Below, one piece after another: positions 25,613-34,292 of a stretch of DNA of 64,000 bases. Positions within the stretch are counted from its first letter, which is position 1. Each line of letters opens with the position of its first letter. This DNA is from an uncultured Clostridia bacterium. Lineage in GTDB: Bacteria > Bacillota > Clostridia > Oscillospirales > UBA644. The notes beneath the pieces were generated by a model, which had not been told where the DNA came from, did no database searches, and was given only the letters and a program-made list of their open reading frames with translations. Location of the stretch: positions 4,910-68,909 of the forward strand of contig CAOJUB010000002.1 of assembly GCA_948443805.1 (NCBI GenBank). Reading direction: 5' to 3'. The position numbers and the translations under genes were made by a program.

Positions 25613-27274
25613 ATGACAAAACGGATATTCCGCACCATACTTATTGTGGCAGTCTGCGTGCTCCTCGCCGCCGTTGTGCTGTTTATGACGATTCTCTACG
25701 ACTATTTTTCCGCTGTAGGACAAAATCAGCTCAGAACCCAGCTGGATTTAGCCTCGCAGGGCGTTATAAACGAGGGCGCCGGTTATTTTGACGGGCTGGA
25801 TGCAAAAAACTACCGCATCACATGGATCGGTACCAACGGAAAGGTGCTTTTTGACAGCGCTTCCGAGGCGGAAGAGATGGAAAATCATTTTCAGCGTGAA
25901 GAAGTAAAGGAAGCGTTTGCCGAAGGGTACGGCGAGGATTCCCGCTATTCGTCAACCCTGACCGAACGCTATCTGTACAGCGCCAAGCGGCTTCCCAACG
26001 GAACCGTTCTTCGTATGTCGGTAACACAGAATTCACTGCTTGTGCTTACCCTCGGTATGCTTCAACCCATTTGTGTTATCTTTGCGGCGGCTTTTATTCT
26101 GTCGGTTGTTTTGGCTTCCCGTTTGTCAAAGAAAATCGTGAAGCCGCTCAACGAACTGAATCTGGACGAGCCCCTGAACAACGAGGAATACGATGAACTG
26201 TCTCCCCTGCTCCGACGTATAGATGTCCAGCAGCGGCAGATCCAGCGGCAGAAAAAGGAACTGGAACGCAAGCAAAGCGAATTTGACACCGTAACAAGGG
26301 GGATGACGGAAGGGATTGTGCTCTTAAATCAAAAGAGCGCGATACTCAGCATCAACCGCGCGGCGGCACAGCTGCTTGAAGCAAGTACCTTTGATGCCGG
26401 AAAAGATATTCTCACGGTAAACCGCCGTCCGGAATTGACAGAGCTTCTGCGCAAGGCACAAAGCAGCGGGCATTGTGAAACGGTTATGGATTTTGAATCG
26501 GGAATCTATCAGCTGTCCGCAAGCCCGGTAGTATCCGATGGCAAAATGATCGGCACAGTGCTTTTGATGTTTGACGCAACAGAAAAAGAAAAGAATGAAC
26601 AAATCCGGAGGGAATTTACGGCGAATGTATCGCATGAACTGAAAACGCCGCTTCATGCCATCCTTGGGAGCGCCGAACTGATGGCAAACGGAATGGTAAA
26701 GACAGAGGATATTCCCACATTTTCCACGCGAATCTATACCGAAACCCAGCGGATGATACGGCTGGTGGAGGATATCATCAGACTGTCCCATTTAGACGAA
26801 GGCGCAGAGGATATGAAGCATGAGGAAACGGATCTCCTTTCCATTGCCGACAGTGTTGTTGAAAGCCTGAAGCCGGAAGCGGAAAACAGCGGCATGACAA
26901 TGGAACTTAGGGGTGAAAAGACCGTAATCCAGGGCATTCCGCAGCTGCTTGAAAGTATTGTCTATAACCTCTGCGACAATGCGATCAAATATAACCGAAA
27001 AGGCGGCTCGGTATCGGTAGAAGTAAAGAGTGACAATGAATTTGCCGTTCTGACCGTTTCCGATACGGGTATCGGAATCCCGCCGGAACATCGTGAACGG
27101 ATATTTGAGCGCTTCTACCGGGTAGATAAGAGCCATTCCAAAGAGATTGGCGGTACGGGACTCGGCCTTTCCATCGTCAAGCACGCGGCACGGCTGCATC
27201 ATGCTGAAATCGATCTGAAAAGCGTTGTAGAGGTTGGAACGACAGTTACGGTAAAATTCCCGAAAAACGGTTAA
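25613..27274 (+). CDS. Sensor histidine kinase, PhoR-type
   Basis: The start MTKRIFRTILIVAVCVLLAAVVLF (RBS aaaagga) is followed by a second TM helix, a PAS-like segment, the H-box FTANVSHELKTPL, the N-box DNAIKYN, and the G-boxes DTGIGI / GGTGLGLSIV. The track start at 25358 overlaps the regulator gene. Confidence 0.85.
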   Translation: MTKRIFRTILIVAVCVLLAAVVLFMTILYDYFSAVGQNQLRTQLDLASQGVINEGAGYFDGLDAKNYRITWIGTNGKVLFDSASEAEEMENHFQREEVKEAFAEGYGEDSRYSSTLTERYLYSAKRLPNGTVLRMSVTQNSLLVLTLGMLQPICVIFAAAFILSVVLASRLSKKIVKPLNELNLDEPLNNEEYDELSPLLRRIDVQQRQIQRQKKELERKQSEFDTVTRGMTEGIVLLNQKSAILSINRAAAQLLEASTFDAGKDILTVNRRPELTELLRKAQSSGHCETVMDFESGIYQLSASPVVSDGKMIGTVLLMFDATEKEKNEQIRREFTANVSHELKTPLHAILGSAELMANGMVKTEDIPTFSTRIYTETQRMIRLVEDIIRLSHLDEGAEDMKHEETDLLSIADSVVESLKPEAENSGMTMELRGEKTVIQGIPQLLESIVYNLCDNAIKYNRKGGSVSVEVKSDNEFAVLTVSDTGIGIPPEHRERIFERFYRVDKSHSKEIGGTGLGLSIVKHAARLHHAEIDLKSVVEVGTTVTVKFPKNG

Positions 27275-27284
27275 GGGAGAATTT

Positions 27285-28058
27285 ATGGAGAAACTGAGAG
27301 AGAAAAAAGGCTTTATCTGCGATATGGACGGCGTGATCTATCACGGAAACAGACTGCTTGACGGCGTAAAGGAGTTTGTGGATTGGCTGTATCGGGAAAA
27401 CAAGGAATTTCTTTTCCTGACCAACGCAAGCCGCAAAACACCGAAAGAGCTTCAGCAAAAGATGTCGCGGCTCGGACTCGATATCAGCGAGGAGCATTTC
27501 TACACCAGCGCGCTTGCCACGGCAAAATTCTTGCAAAATCAGGCGCCGGAATGCAGCGTTTATGCGATCGGCGAGCATGGGCTGTACAATGCGCTTTACG
27601 ACGCAGGGATCAGTATCAACGAGGTAGACCCCGATTTTGTTGTTGTCGGAGAAACAGACGATTATTGTTACAGCCATATACAAAAAGCTATGACCCTTGT
27701 AAATAACGGCGCGAGATTGATCGCAACCAACACCGACCTTACGGGGCCGATTGAAGGCGGCATCGCGCCAGCCTGCCGCGCATTTGTTATGCCGATTGAA
27801 GCGACCACGGGAAAAACGGCGTATTATATCGGCAAGCCCAATCCCCTTATGATGCGGACGGGTCTGCAAATGCTGAATGTCCATTCCTCCGAAGCGGCGA
27901 TGATCGGCGACAGGATGGACACGGACATTGTAGCGGGAATCGAAACGGGTCTTGATACGATACTGGTGCTCAGCGGCGTTACCACAAGAGAAAGCATGAA
28001 GATTTTTCCGTACCGACCACGACTGATTTTGAACGGCGTCGGGGATATAGTGAGATAG
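27285..28058 (+). CDS. HAD-IIA family phosphatase (NagD-like)
   Basis: Motif I ICDMDGVIYHG, plus LTNAS, GKP and GDRMDTDI. It starts 10 nt after the kinase stop. Confidence 0.8.
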   Translation: MEKLREKKGFICDMDGVIYHGNRLLDGVKEFVDWLYRENKEFLFLTNASRKTPKELQQKMSRLGLDISEEHFYTSALATAKFLQNQAPECSVYAIGEHGLYNALYDAGISINEVDPDFVVVGETDDYCYSHIQKAMTLVNNGARLIATNTDLTGPIEGGIAPACRAFVMPIEATTGKTAYYIGKPNPLMMRTGLQMLNVHSSEAAMIGDRMDTDIVAGIETGLDTILVLSGVTTRESMKIFPYRPRLILNGVGDIVR

Positions 28059-28066
28059 CTGAAGAT

Positions 28067-28116
28067 AGGCTCTGCCGAAAAACATAGAACTATGTTTTTC
28101 GGCAGAGCCTTTTTCA
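28067..28116 (+). terminator. Rho-independent terminator (20-bp stem)
   Basis: aggctctgccgaaaaacata-gaac-tatgtttttcggcagagcct + ttttt. Confidence 0.85.
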
Positions 28117-28117
28117 C

Positions 28118-28172
28118 TTTACAAAAACTTTACACAACCGTGATAACGGATTTGATGTAAATTTGATACGAT
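28118..28172 (+). promoter_or_regulatory. Pho box (tttaca/tttaca/gtgata/tttgat) + 10 nt + TACGAT; promoter of the Na/Pi symporter gene
   Basis: Hexamers sit at 28118, 28129, 28140 and 28151, with the -10 at 28167-28172. Confidence 0.6.
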
Positions 28173-28211
28173 GTATCTGTAGAAATGCGATTGTGTAAAG
28201 GAAGAGATTCT

Positions 28212-29966
28212 ATGGATATTTTTCATGTATTGACAATGATCGGAGGGCTGTGCCTGTTCCTGTTCGGGATGAACATTATGGGGCAGGCGCTGGAGCGCAG
28301 GGCGGGAAACAAACTGCGCCTGCTTCTCGGGAAACTCACAACAGGCAAGGCAGCCGGACTGCTGACAGGGCTTGGCGTTACGGCGGTTATACAGAGTTCC
28401 TCGGCAACGACTGTGATGGTGGTCGGATTTGTCAACTCGGGGCTGATGACCTTAAAACAGGCGATCAACGTGATCATGGGCGCCAATATCGGCACCACAG
28501 TCACCGCGTGGATATTGAGCCTTGCAGGAATCGACAGCGGCAATATCTTTGTAAAGCTTTTGAAGCCCACTTCCTTTACGCCCGTTCTGGCGCTGGTCGG
28601 AATCCTGTTTTATATGTTCTGCAAAAGCTCAAAGAAAAAGGACACGGGCATGATTCTGCTCGGCTTTGCCACGCTGATGTTCGGTATGGAAACGATGTCG
28701 GAAGCCGTTTCGGGACTGGGCGACATACCGGCGTTTCAAAACCTGTTTATCCTTTTTAAAAATCCGATCCTCGGCGTACTTGCCGGCGCAATTCTCACGG
28801 CAATCATTCAGTCCAGCTCGGCATCGGTGGGTATTTTGCAGGCGCTTGCCGTTACGGGACGCGTGTCCTACGGCGCGGCGATCCCGATTATTATGGGGCA
28901 GAACATCGGCACCTGCGTGACGGCGATGATCTCATCGGTAGGCGCAAACAAAAACGCAAAGCGCGCCGCTATGGTGCATCTGTCCTTTAATGTGATCGGA
29001 ACGGCAGTTTGGCTGGCTGTATACTGCCTTGTAAAAGTGATATTCCGTCCGGTTCTGCTCAATGAGTCGGCTTCCCTGTTCGGTATTGCCGTCGCGCACT
29101 CGGCATTCAATATTCTCTGCACCGTTCTTATGCTTCCTCTGACGGGTGTTCTTGAAAAACTGGTAATCAAACTGATACCCGACTCAAAAAAACAGGAAAC
29201 AAAAACAGAACTGGACGAAAGACTGCTTGCCGCGCCGTCGATCGCTCTGGAACGCTGCCACGAAGTCGCTGCAGATATGGCGAAAACAGCGGTACAGGCG
29301 CTTGCAGACGGACTGACCTCCTTACATCAATATACACCGGAGTTGGCAGAAGCGATCCGAAAAAAAGAGGATATAACCGATCATTATGAAGATATGCTCG
29401 GCACCTATCTTGTGCATCTGAGTTCCAGACAGATCAGCGAGCAGGACAGCGCAGAAGCGGCGAAGCTGCTCAAGATTATCGGAGATTTTGAACGAATCGC
29501 AGATCACGGCGTAAATCTTTTGGATTCAGCCGAGGAAATGAAAGAAAAAAGCGTAAGGCTTTCGGAAACAGCCAAGGAAGAACTTGAAGTGATTTCTTCG
29601 GCAGTGTGTGAAATCCTTGATCTGGCACTTATGGCATTTCTGAACGACGACCTGAAAGCCGCTGAAAAGGTGGAGCCTCTCGAGCAGGTCATAGATGCGC
29701 TGAAAGAAACATTGCGGACAAGCCATATACTCCGTATGCAGCAGGGACGCTGCTCTATTGATGCCGGTTTTATATGGTCCGACCTGCTCACAAATCTGGA
29801 GCGAACCTCGGATCACTGCTCCAATATCGCCGGATGCGTAACCGATATGGCGCACCACAATATGAACATCCATGAATCCCTGCGCGAGATTAAAAATGAC
29901 AGCGAGGATTTCAAAAAACAATTTCAATTCTATACAGAAAAATATAAATTGTTGAAGAATGAATAG
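28212..29966 (+). CDS. Na+/phosphate cotransporter family protein with C-terminal PhoU-like domains
   Basis: MDIFHVLTMIGGLCLFLFGMNIMGQALE, QSSSATTVMVVGF and QSSSASVGILQAL are the Na_Pi_cotrans repeats. The C-terminus carries ERIADHGVNL and ERTSDHCSNIA. RBS aaaggaag. Confidence 0.85.
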   Translation: MDIFHVLTMIGGLCLFLFGMNIMGQALERRAGNKLRLLLGKLTTGKAAGLLTGLGVTAVIQSSSATTVMVVGFVNSGLMTLKQAINVIMGANIGTTVTAWILSLAGIDSGNIFVKLLKPTSFTPVLALVGILFYMFCKSSKKKDTGMILLGFATLMFGMETMSEAVSGLGDIPAFQNLFILFKNPILGVLAGAILTAIIQSSSASVGILQALAVTGRVSYGAAIPIIMGQNIGTCVTAMISSVGANKNAKRAAMVHLSFNVIGTAVWLAVYCLVKVIFRPVLLNESASLFGIAVAHSAFNILCTVLMLPLTGVLEKLVIKLIPDSKKQETKTELDERLLAAPSIALERCHEVAADMAKTAVQALADGLTSLHQYTPELAEAIRKKEDITDHYEDMLGTYLVHLSSRQISEQDSAEAAKLLKIIGDFERIADHGVNLLDSAEEMKEKSVRLSETAKEELEVISSAVCEILDLALMAFLNDDLKAAEKVEPLEQVIDALKETLRTSHILRMQQGRCSIDAGFIWSDLLTNLERTSDHCSNIAGCVTDMAHHNMNIHESLREIKNDSEDFKKQFQFYTEKYKLLKNE

Positions 29967-30120
29967 AAAGAGACGGCAGTTTGAATACTTGAAAAAGGGC
30001 TTCCATGTCCATTATGCGGCGACAAATTCTACGAATACGGGAAAGAAGAATCTTCCGGTAATCTTTCTGAAAACGGAATAAAAACACCGGTTATTCCTTC
30101 TATGACGAGGGATTAAAAAA

Positions 30121-30166
30121 GGGCGGCGGCAAAGAAAAATTATCTCTTTGCCGCCGCCTTTAACAT
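30121..30166. terminator. Bidirectional hairpin (ggcggcggcaaaga / tctttgccgccgcc), with the T-run better on the minus strand
   Basis: Read directly from the sequence. It lies between the convergent Na/Pi and cupin genes. Confidence 0.6.
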
Positions 30167-30249
30167 ACAGAATCAAGCTGTTTTAACTCTTTGAATTACA
30201 CATAAGGATTTTTGACATCTACAGAATTTCTTATTTTTAGCCGTTTCAC

Positions 30250-30603
30250 TTAATACATCACGGCATCGTCTGCGGTAAAGACGCCAAGTGAATTTTCTTT
30301 TACCTGTATGCAGACATAAGTTATTCCGGAATCTTCCGCTGCGAAAAACCGTCTTTTTGCAGCAGGAGCGATTCTCAGCCAATCGCCTGCCGTAAGTTTA
30401 ACTTCTTCGGCGTCGATTATTGCACGGCCGTTGCCTGCAAGGATTCCGTAGATTTCTTCATTATTTTTGTGAGAATGAACAAACGGAACACTCGCGCCGG
30501 CAGGAAGCTGATTGACACTGATTTCTGCACCGGTTAAAGCGAGTTTTTCGTGAAGCTCTGCCCTGCCTTCGTTTCCGATGTTTGTTTTCGTATAGTTTTG
30601 CAT
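30250..30603 (-). CDS. Cupin-domain protein
   Basis: MQNYTKTNIG... with PFVHSHKNNEEIYGILAG...G. The RBS ggaggtg precedes the ATG at 30603. Confidence 0.7.
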   Translation of the reverse strand: MQNYTKTNIGNEGRAELHEKLALTGAEISVNQLPAGASVPFVHSHKNNEEIYGILAGNGRAIIDAEEVKLTAGDWLRIAPAAKRRFFAAEDSGITYVCIQVKENSLGVFTADDAVMY

Positions 30604-30751
30604 TCTATACACCTCCAAAAGTTTTAGCAATTTCTTTTTGCTTGACTATAGTTTACCACCAAGCAGAGAGAAAAACAAGTACGCACTTTTTTATAACTAT
30701 ATACAATTTTTAAAATGTATGATATAATATGTTTGTGAGGTGATAAAGAAT

Positions 30752-31084
30752 ATGAGAAAAAAAGATGAAATGACGGCTTGTCCGGTAGCAACAGCTGTAG
30801 CATTAATCGGCGGAAAGTGGAAATTACTCATTCTGCGGAATCTGAAAGTACGCCCATGGAGATTTAATGAATTGCTGAGAGATTTAGATGGAATATCGCA
30901 AAAGGTATTGACTGACAGCCTTCGACAGATGATGGATGATGGACTTGTGTACCGGCACGATTATCAAGAATTGCCCCCGAAAGTAGAGTATGGTCTGACA
31001 GACCTCGGACGGGAGATGCTGCCGATTATCAATGCCCTTGCCGATTTTGGAAACTATTATCAATCGTTAAATAATAAAACTTAA
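30752..31084 (+). CDS. HxlR-family transcriptional regulator (divergent from the cupin gene)
   Basis: CPVATAVALIGGKWKLLILRNL...RFNELLRDLDGISQKVLTDSLRQMMDDGLV...YGLTDLG. Confidence 0.85.
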   Translation: MRKKDEMTACPVATAVALIGGKWKLLILRNLKVRPWRFNELLRDLDGISQKVLTDSLRQMMDDGLVYRHDYQELPPKVEYGLTDLGREMLPIINALADFGNYYQSLNNKT

Positions 31085-31200
31085 TAACATTGATTTATCA
31101 TAAATTTCTCTCCGGTATTTTCAAATCTCTTTTCATCTTTCTTCCGATATTTTTTACTACTGCCGCAGCCGATATAAAGAATTAGACCGTCAACGGTCAT
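31081..31200 (-). pseudogene. Ghost of the 3' end of an AlbA_2/wHTH-type regulator gene
   Basis: The 39-codon ORF MTVDGLILYIGCGSSKKYRKKDEK... has nt 31134-31200 aligning by eye (about 80% identity) to 16470-16540, the 3' end of the intact gene (..GLIVIVGRGSSKKYMKKD*). Confidence 0.45.
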
Positions 31201-31245
31201 GCAGCCGATTCGAGACATCATAGAAAAAGAAAAATGAGCCGCCGT

Positions 31246-31437
31246 CTATCCGAACAAAAGGCAGCCCATCGCCCGAAAATGAACGATTTTTTCCTCAATT
31301 ACCGCCGGGGGAACACCCCAATATTCCGCCAAACAATTTTTGCAGAGAAACCTTTCCGCACTGCGGCTTACCATGCGCCGATATACCGCGATTTCATCGG
31401 TGGAAAGCAACCGGCCGCATTTTTCACAGCATTCCAT
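31246..31437 (-). CDS. Small Cys-rich (CxxC...CxxC) hypothetical protein
   Basis: MECCEKCGRLLSTDEIAVYRRMVSRSAERFLCKNCLAEYWGV... The ATG at 31437 avoids overlap with the upstream gene. Confidence 0.4.
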   Translation of the reverse strand: MECCEKCGRLLSTDEIAVYRRMVSRSAERFLCKNCLAEYWGVPPAVIEEKIVHFRAMGCLLFG

Positions 31438-31451
31438 AAAGGTATTCCCCT

Positions 31452-32570
31452 TTACATACGAACCAATTCGCCGAAGAAAATCCGGCACGACCGGCTAGGA
31501 AACGCAAGGCTGAAATGATCCGACAGCCCCTTGATTTCCTCTCCGGTCATCACATCCTGCAGGTTCATGCAATAACCCGAAGAAACGGGAATTCCGGCGT
31601 CTTCAAAGAAGAAATCGGTATACTGCGTCTTGTCATCCAGATTAAAAAAACCAACGGCATATCCGCCGTTTTCCAGCTGACGCAGAAAAGACCGGTTTTC
31701 ATACCGCTGCGTAACCAGCACCGGGGGCCGGCACTCCGCGTCCTGATTGAGGGAAATCAAATTTTTGTTCAGAAGCAAATTCCGGTAATCCTCCGGAAGA
31801 TTCCGCAGATCGCAGCCAAGCATCAGCGGCACCCCACAAAAACACCAGAGAGAAAACTGCATGACATATTCGTCCCAGGTACAGCCGCCTGCACCGACGT
31901 TGCCTGCGCCGTTCATCCCAACGGTGAGCATATCCATATCGTTGAAGCAATTTGGACCGGAAGCATAAAGAAAATCAAACTGACTTTTTGCAATATCGCG
32001 AAAAGAAACAAAACAGTCGAAGATATCGCCCGTAGAGCGGTACATATGCGCGCCGGCGCCGCGCATCCAACGGTAGCTTTCCCCTTCTCCCCAATTACAG
32101 GCGGAAAAAAGGATGTCCCGGCCGCAAGCACGGAGAGCATTGCCCATCCGGTGATACAGCAATTTTCCGTTCGCCGTCTTCGGTAGGTTGCAATAATCAT
32201 ATTTCAGAAAATCCACGCCCCATTCGGCGAAAGTTTCGGCATCAATAAACTCATGGTCAAAACTGCCCGGATAATTCTGGCAGGTCCGAACCCCGGCGCA
32301 GGAATAAATCCCGAGTTTAAGACCCCTTGCATGTATTTCCTCTGCAAGAGCTTTGATTCCGCGCGGAAATTTTTCGGCGTCCGGGACAAGCCGTCCGTTT
32401 TTCCGCTGTTTTTCCGCCCAGCAGTCGTCAATCACCACATATTCATACCCGGCGTCGCGGAAACCGAACCGAACCATGGCATCCGCCGTCTGAAGAATCA
32501 GGTCTTCAGAAATATCCCGTCCGAAAGTATTCCACGAATTCCAGCCCATCGGGGGTTTTGTAACCAGCAT
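31452..32570 (-). CDS. Alpha-galactosidase, GH27 family
   Basis: PPMGWNSWNTFG...YEYVVIDDCW...LKLGIYSCAG..TC...DFLKYDYC. Confidence 0.9.
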   Translation of the reverse strand: MLVTKPPMGWNSWNTFGRDISEDLILQTADAMVRFGFRDAGYEYVVIDDCWAEKQRKNGRLVPDAEKFPRGIKALAEEIHARGLKLGIYSCAGVRTCQNYPGSFDHEFIDAETFAEWGVDFLKYDYCNLPKTANGKLLYHRMGNALRACGRDILFSACNWGEGESYRWMRGAGAHMYRSTGDIFDCFVSFRDIAKSQFDFLYASGPNCFNDMDMLTVGMNGAGNVGAGGCTWDEYVMQFSLWCFCGVPLMLGCDLRNLPEDYRNLLLNKNLISLNQDAECRPPVLVTQRYENRSFLRQLENGGYAVGFFNLDDKTQYTDFFFEDAGIPVSSGYCMNLQDVMTGEEIKGLSDHFSLAFPSRSCRIFFGELVRM

Positions 32571-32612
32571 AAGAAATCTCCCTTTTTTCCTAAAAATCGA
32601 TCCGCCGAAAAA

Positions 32613-33029
32613 TCAGATCACATAATCCGTGCCATAATATAATAACAGGCCGTCGGTCAGTTCAATCCGCAGAATCACCGTATTTTCATCCGCAAAATTA
32701 GTATGGCCGTTGTCGATCCATTCGGCAAAAACCTGCCGCAATTTTTCCGCCATGACGGCATTTTCTTTTTTCCCGAAATAGCCCAGACTGACGCCATTGC
32801 CGTGCGCCGTAAACCATTCGCCGGAAATTGCGGCGACAGGATTTTTTTCCAGCTGCTTCATCTTGTTGGAAAGCGCATAGGTAATAACGTAAAACGCCCC
32901 GTCTTCATAATAGGCGTTTACATTCCGCACATAAGGAATTCCATTTTCCACCGTGGCCAAAGCGATCACCGTATCTTTTCCAAAGCGCTCCGTCATTGCT
33001 TTTTCAGCGTCCGGATTCAATTTTTTCAT
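32613..33029 (-). CDS. Pyridoxamine 5'-phosphate oxidase-like (FMN-binding split barrel) family protein
   Basis: MKKLNPDAEKAMTERFGKDTVIALATVENGIPYVRNVNAYYEDGAFYVITYALSNKMKQLEKNP... The RBS aaggaggt precedes the ATG at 33029. Confidence 0.6.
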   Translation of the reverse strand: MKKLNPDAEKAMTERFGKDTVIALATVENGIPYVRNVNAYYEDGAFYVITYALSNKMKQLEKNPVAAISGEWFTAHGNGVSLGYFGKKENAVMAEKLRQVFAEWIDNGHTNFADENTVILRIELTDGLLLYYGTDYVI

Positions 33030-33295
33030 TCGATAGACCTCCTTATCATTCCGGTTTTTATCGCAGATTGAAAGAAAAGATGCCTTTTCCCTATTCTTTT
33101 CTTCCTCATCATAACACAAAAAAAAGGGTATGTCAAGAAAAAAATGGATATCAGATAAGATTCCGAAACTTTTTTTTGAAATTATCGCTTCTTATATTGA
33201 TTTTAGAAGAAAAAAATGATATGATAGAATATATAATGTTATAATATATAGGAAAACAAGCGTCGTTCTGCATTCTCAGAAAAAGGAGGTTCGCC

Positions 33296-34186
33296 ATGCA
33301 GCAGATTTGGGAATATATTGTCAACACTGGCAAAAATCTGTCGTTTCCCACCGATATCATCGACATAGCGTTTATCTGCATTGTTGTATACCTGGTGCTG
33401 AAGTTTATCCGGGATACCCGCGCCGCTCAGTTTGCAAAAGGAATCCTGATTGTTTTCGTGCTGTATCAGGTTGCGGCGATCTTCAACCTTGACGCAACCA
33501 AACGGATTATCGACGAATTTATCAACTTTGGAATCATCGCGATTCTGATTATTTTCCAGCCGGAACTGCGAAGCATGCTGGAAAAGATCGGACGGAAAGG
33601 ATTTACCAAGATTTTTTCGATCAGCTCGGCAGAAGACCGAAAACTGCGGAACTCCCGGATATTTGAAGTCATCAAAGCCGTTGTTGAAGCTTCGACCGAC
33701 CTTTCTGCAACCAAAACCGGCGCGCTGATGGTTATTGAGCGGGATACCAAACTCGGAGAAACCATCAACAGCGGAACCATCATCAACGCCGATCCGGCAG
33801 TCGCCATGATCAAAAATATTTTCTTTCCGAAAGCACCCATGCATGACGGCGCAATGATTATCCGGGATGAAAAAATCTTTGCCGCCGGCTGTTTTCTGCC
33901 GCTTTCCAATTCAAAAATGGACGAAGATCTGGGAACCCGGCATCATGCAGCGCTGGGGATGTCGGAAGTTTCCGATGCGATCATTGTAGTGGTCTCGGAA
34001 GAAACGGGAAACATCTCGGTCGCCATGGACGGAAGATTACAGCGGGGGCTGACCCCGGAAGCGCTGAGCCAGCTGCTCCGGACCAACCTGCTGCTGGAAG
34101 AAGAAAAAAAAGATATGGTTTCGAATATCAAGAAAAAAAGGAACGCGAAAAAGAACGCCGGAAAAGAAACGGAGGAAGAAGTCTGA
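33296..34186 (+). CDS. cdaA: Diadenylate cyclase CdaA (membrane-anchored DisA_N/DAC domain)
   Basis: Three N-terminal TM helices, then GALMVIERD...DGAMIIRD...LGTRHHAALGMSEVSDAIIVVVSEETG. Confidence 0.9.
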   Translation: MQQIWEYIVNTGKNLSFPTDIIDIAFICIVVYLVLKFIRDTRAAQFAKGILIVFVLYQVAAIFNLDATKRIIDEFINFGIIAILIIFQPELRSMLEKIGRKGFTKIFSISSAEDRKLRNSRIFEVIKAVVEASTDLSATKTGALMVIERDTKLGETINSGTIINADPAVAMIKNIFFPKAPMHDGAMIIRDEKIFAAGCFLPLSNSKMDEDLGTRHHAALGMSEVSDAIIVVVSEETGNISVAMDGRLQRGLTPEALSQLLRTNLLLEEEKKDMVSNIKKKRNAKKNAGKETEEEV

Positions 34187-34292
34187 AAAACAAATTTTCC
34201 AGACGGGAAGTTTTTGTAGGAAAAGCATCTTTCCGTATTGCTGAAACTGTCAAAAACTTCCGTATTCTCAAGAGAAAGGAATGGTTAGAATC

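Noticed and set aside
27246-28085. 279-aa minus-strand ORF.
   Set aside because: It is antisense to the HAD-IIA phosphatase, which has canonical motifs. The same reasoning rejects 33239-33844, 35991-36710, 41227-41862, 42595-43314, 55456-56187, 56905-57687 and 58112-58648, each antisense to cdaA, the FAD protein, ppa, asnB, pnp or the kinase-like gene.
29986-30117. Reading frame encoding ...LEKGLPCPLCGDKFYEYGKEESSGNLSENGIKTPVIPSMTRD*.
   Set aside because: It has no start codon after the upstream in-frame TGA (29983-29985). It is likely a fragment or chance ORF.
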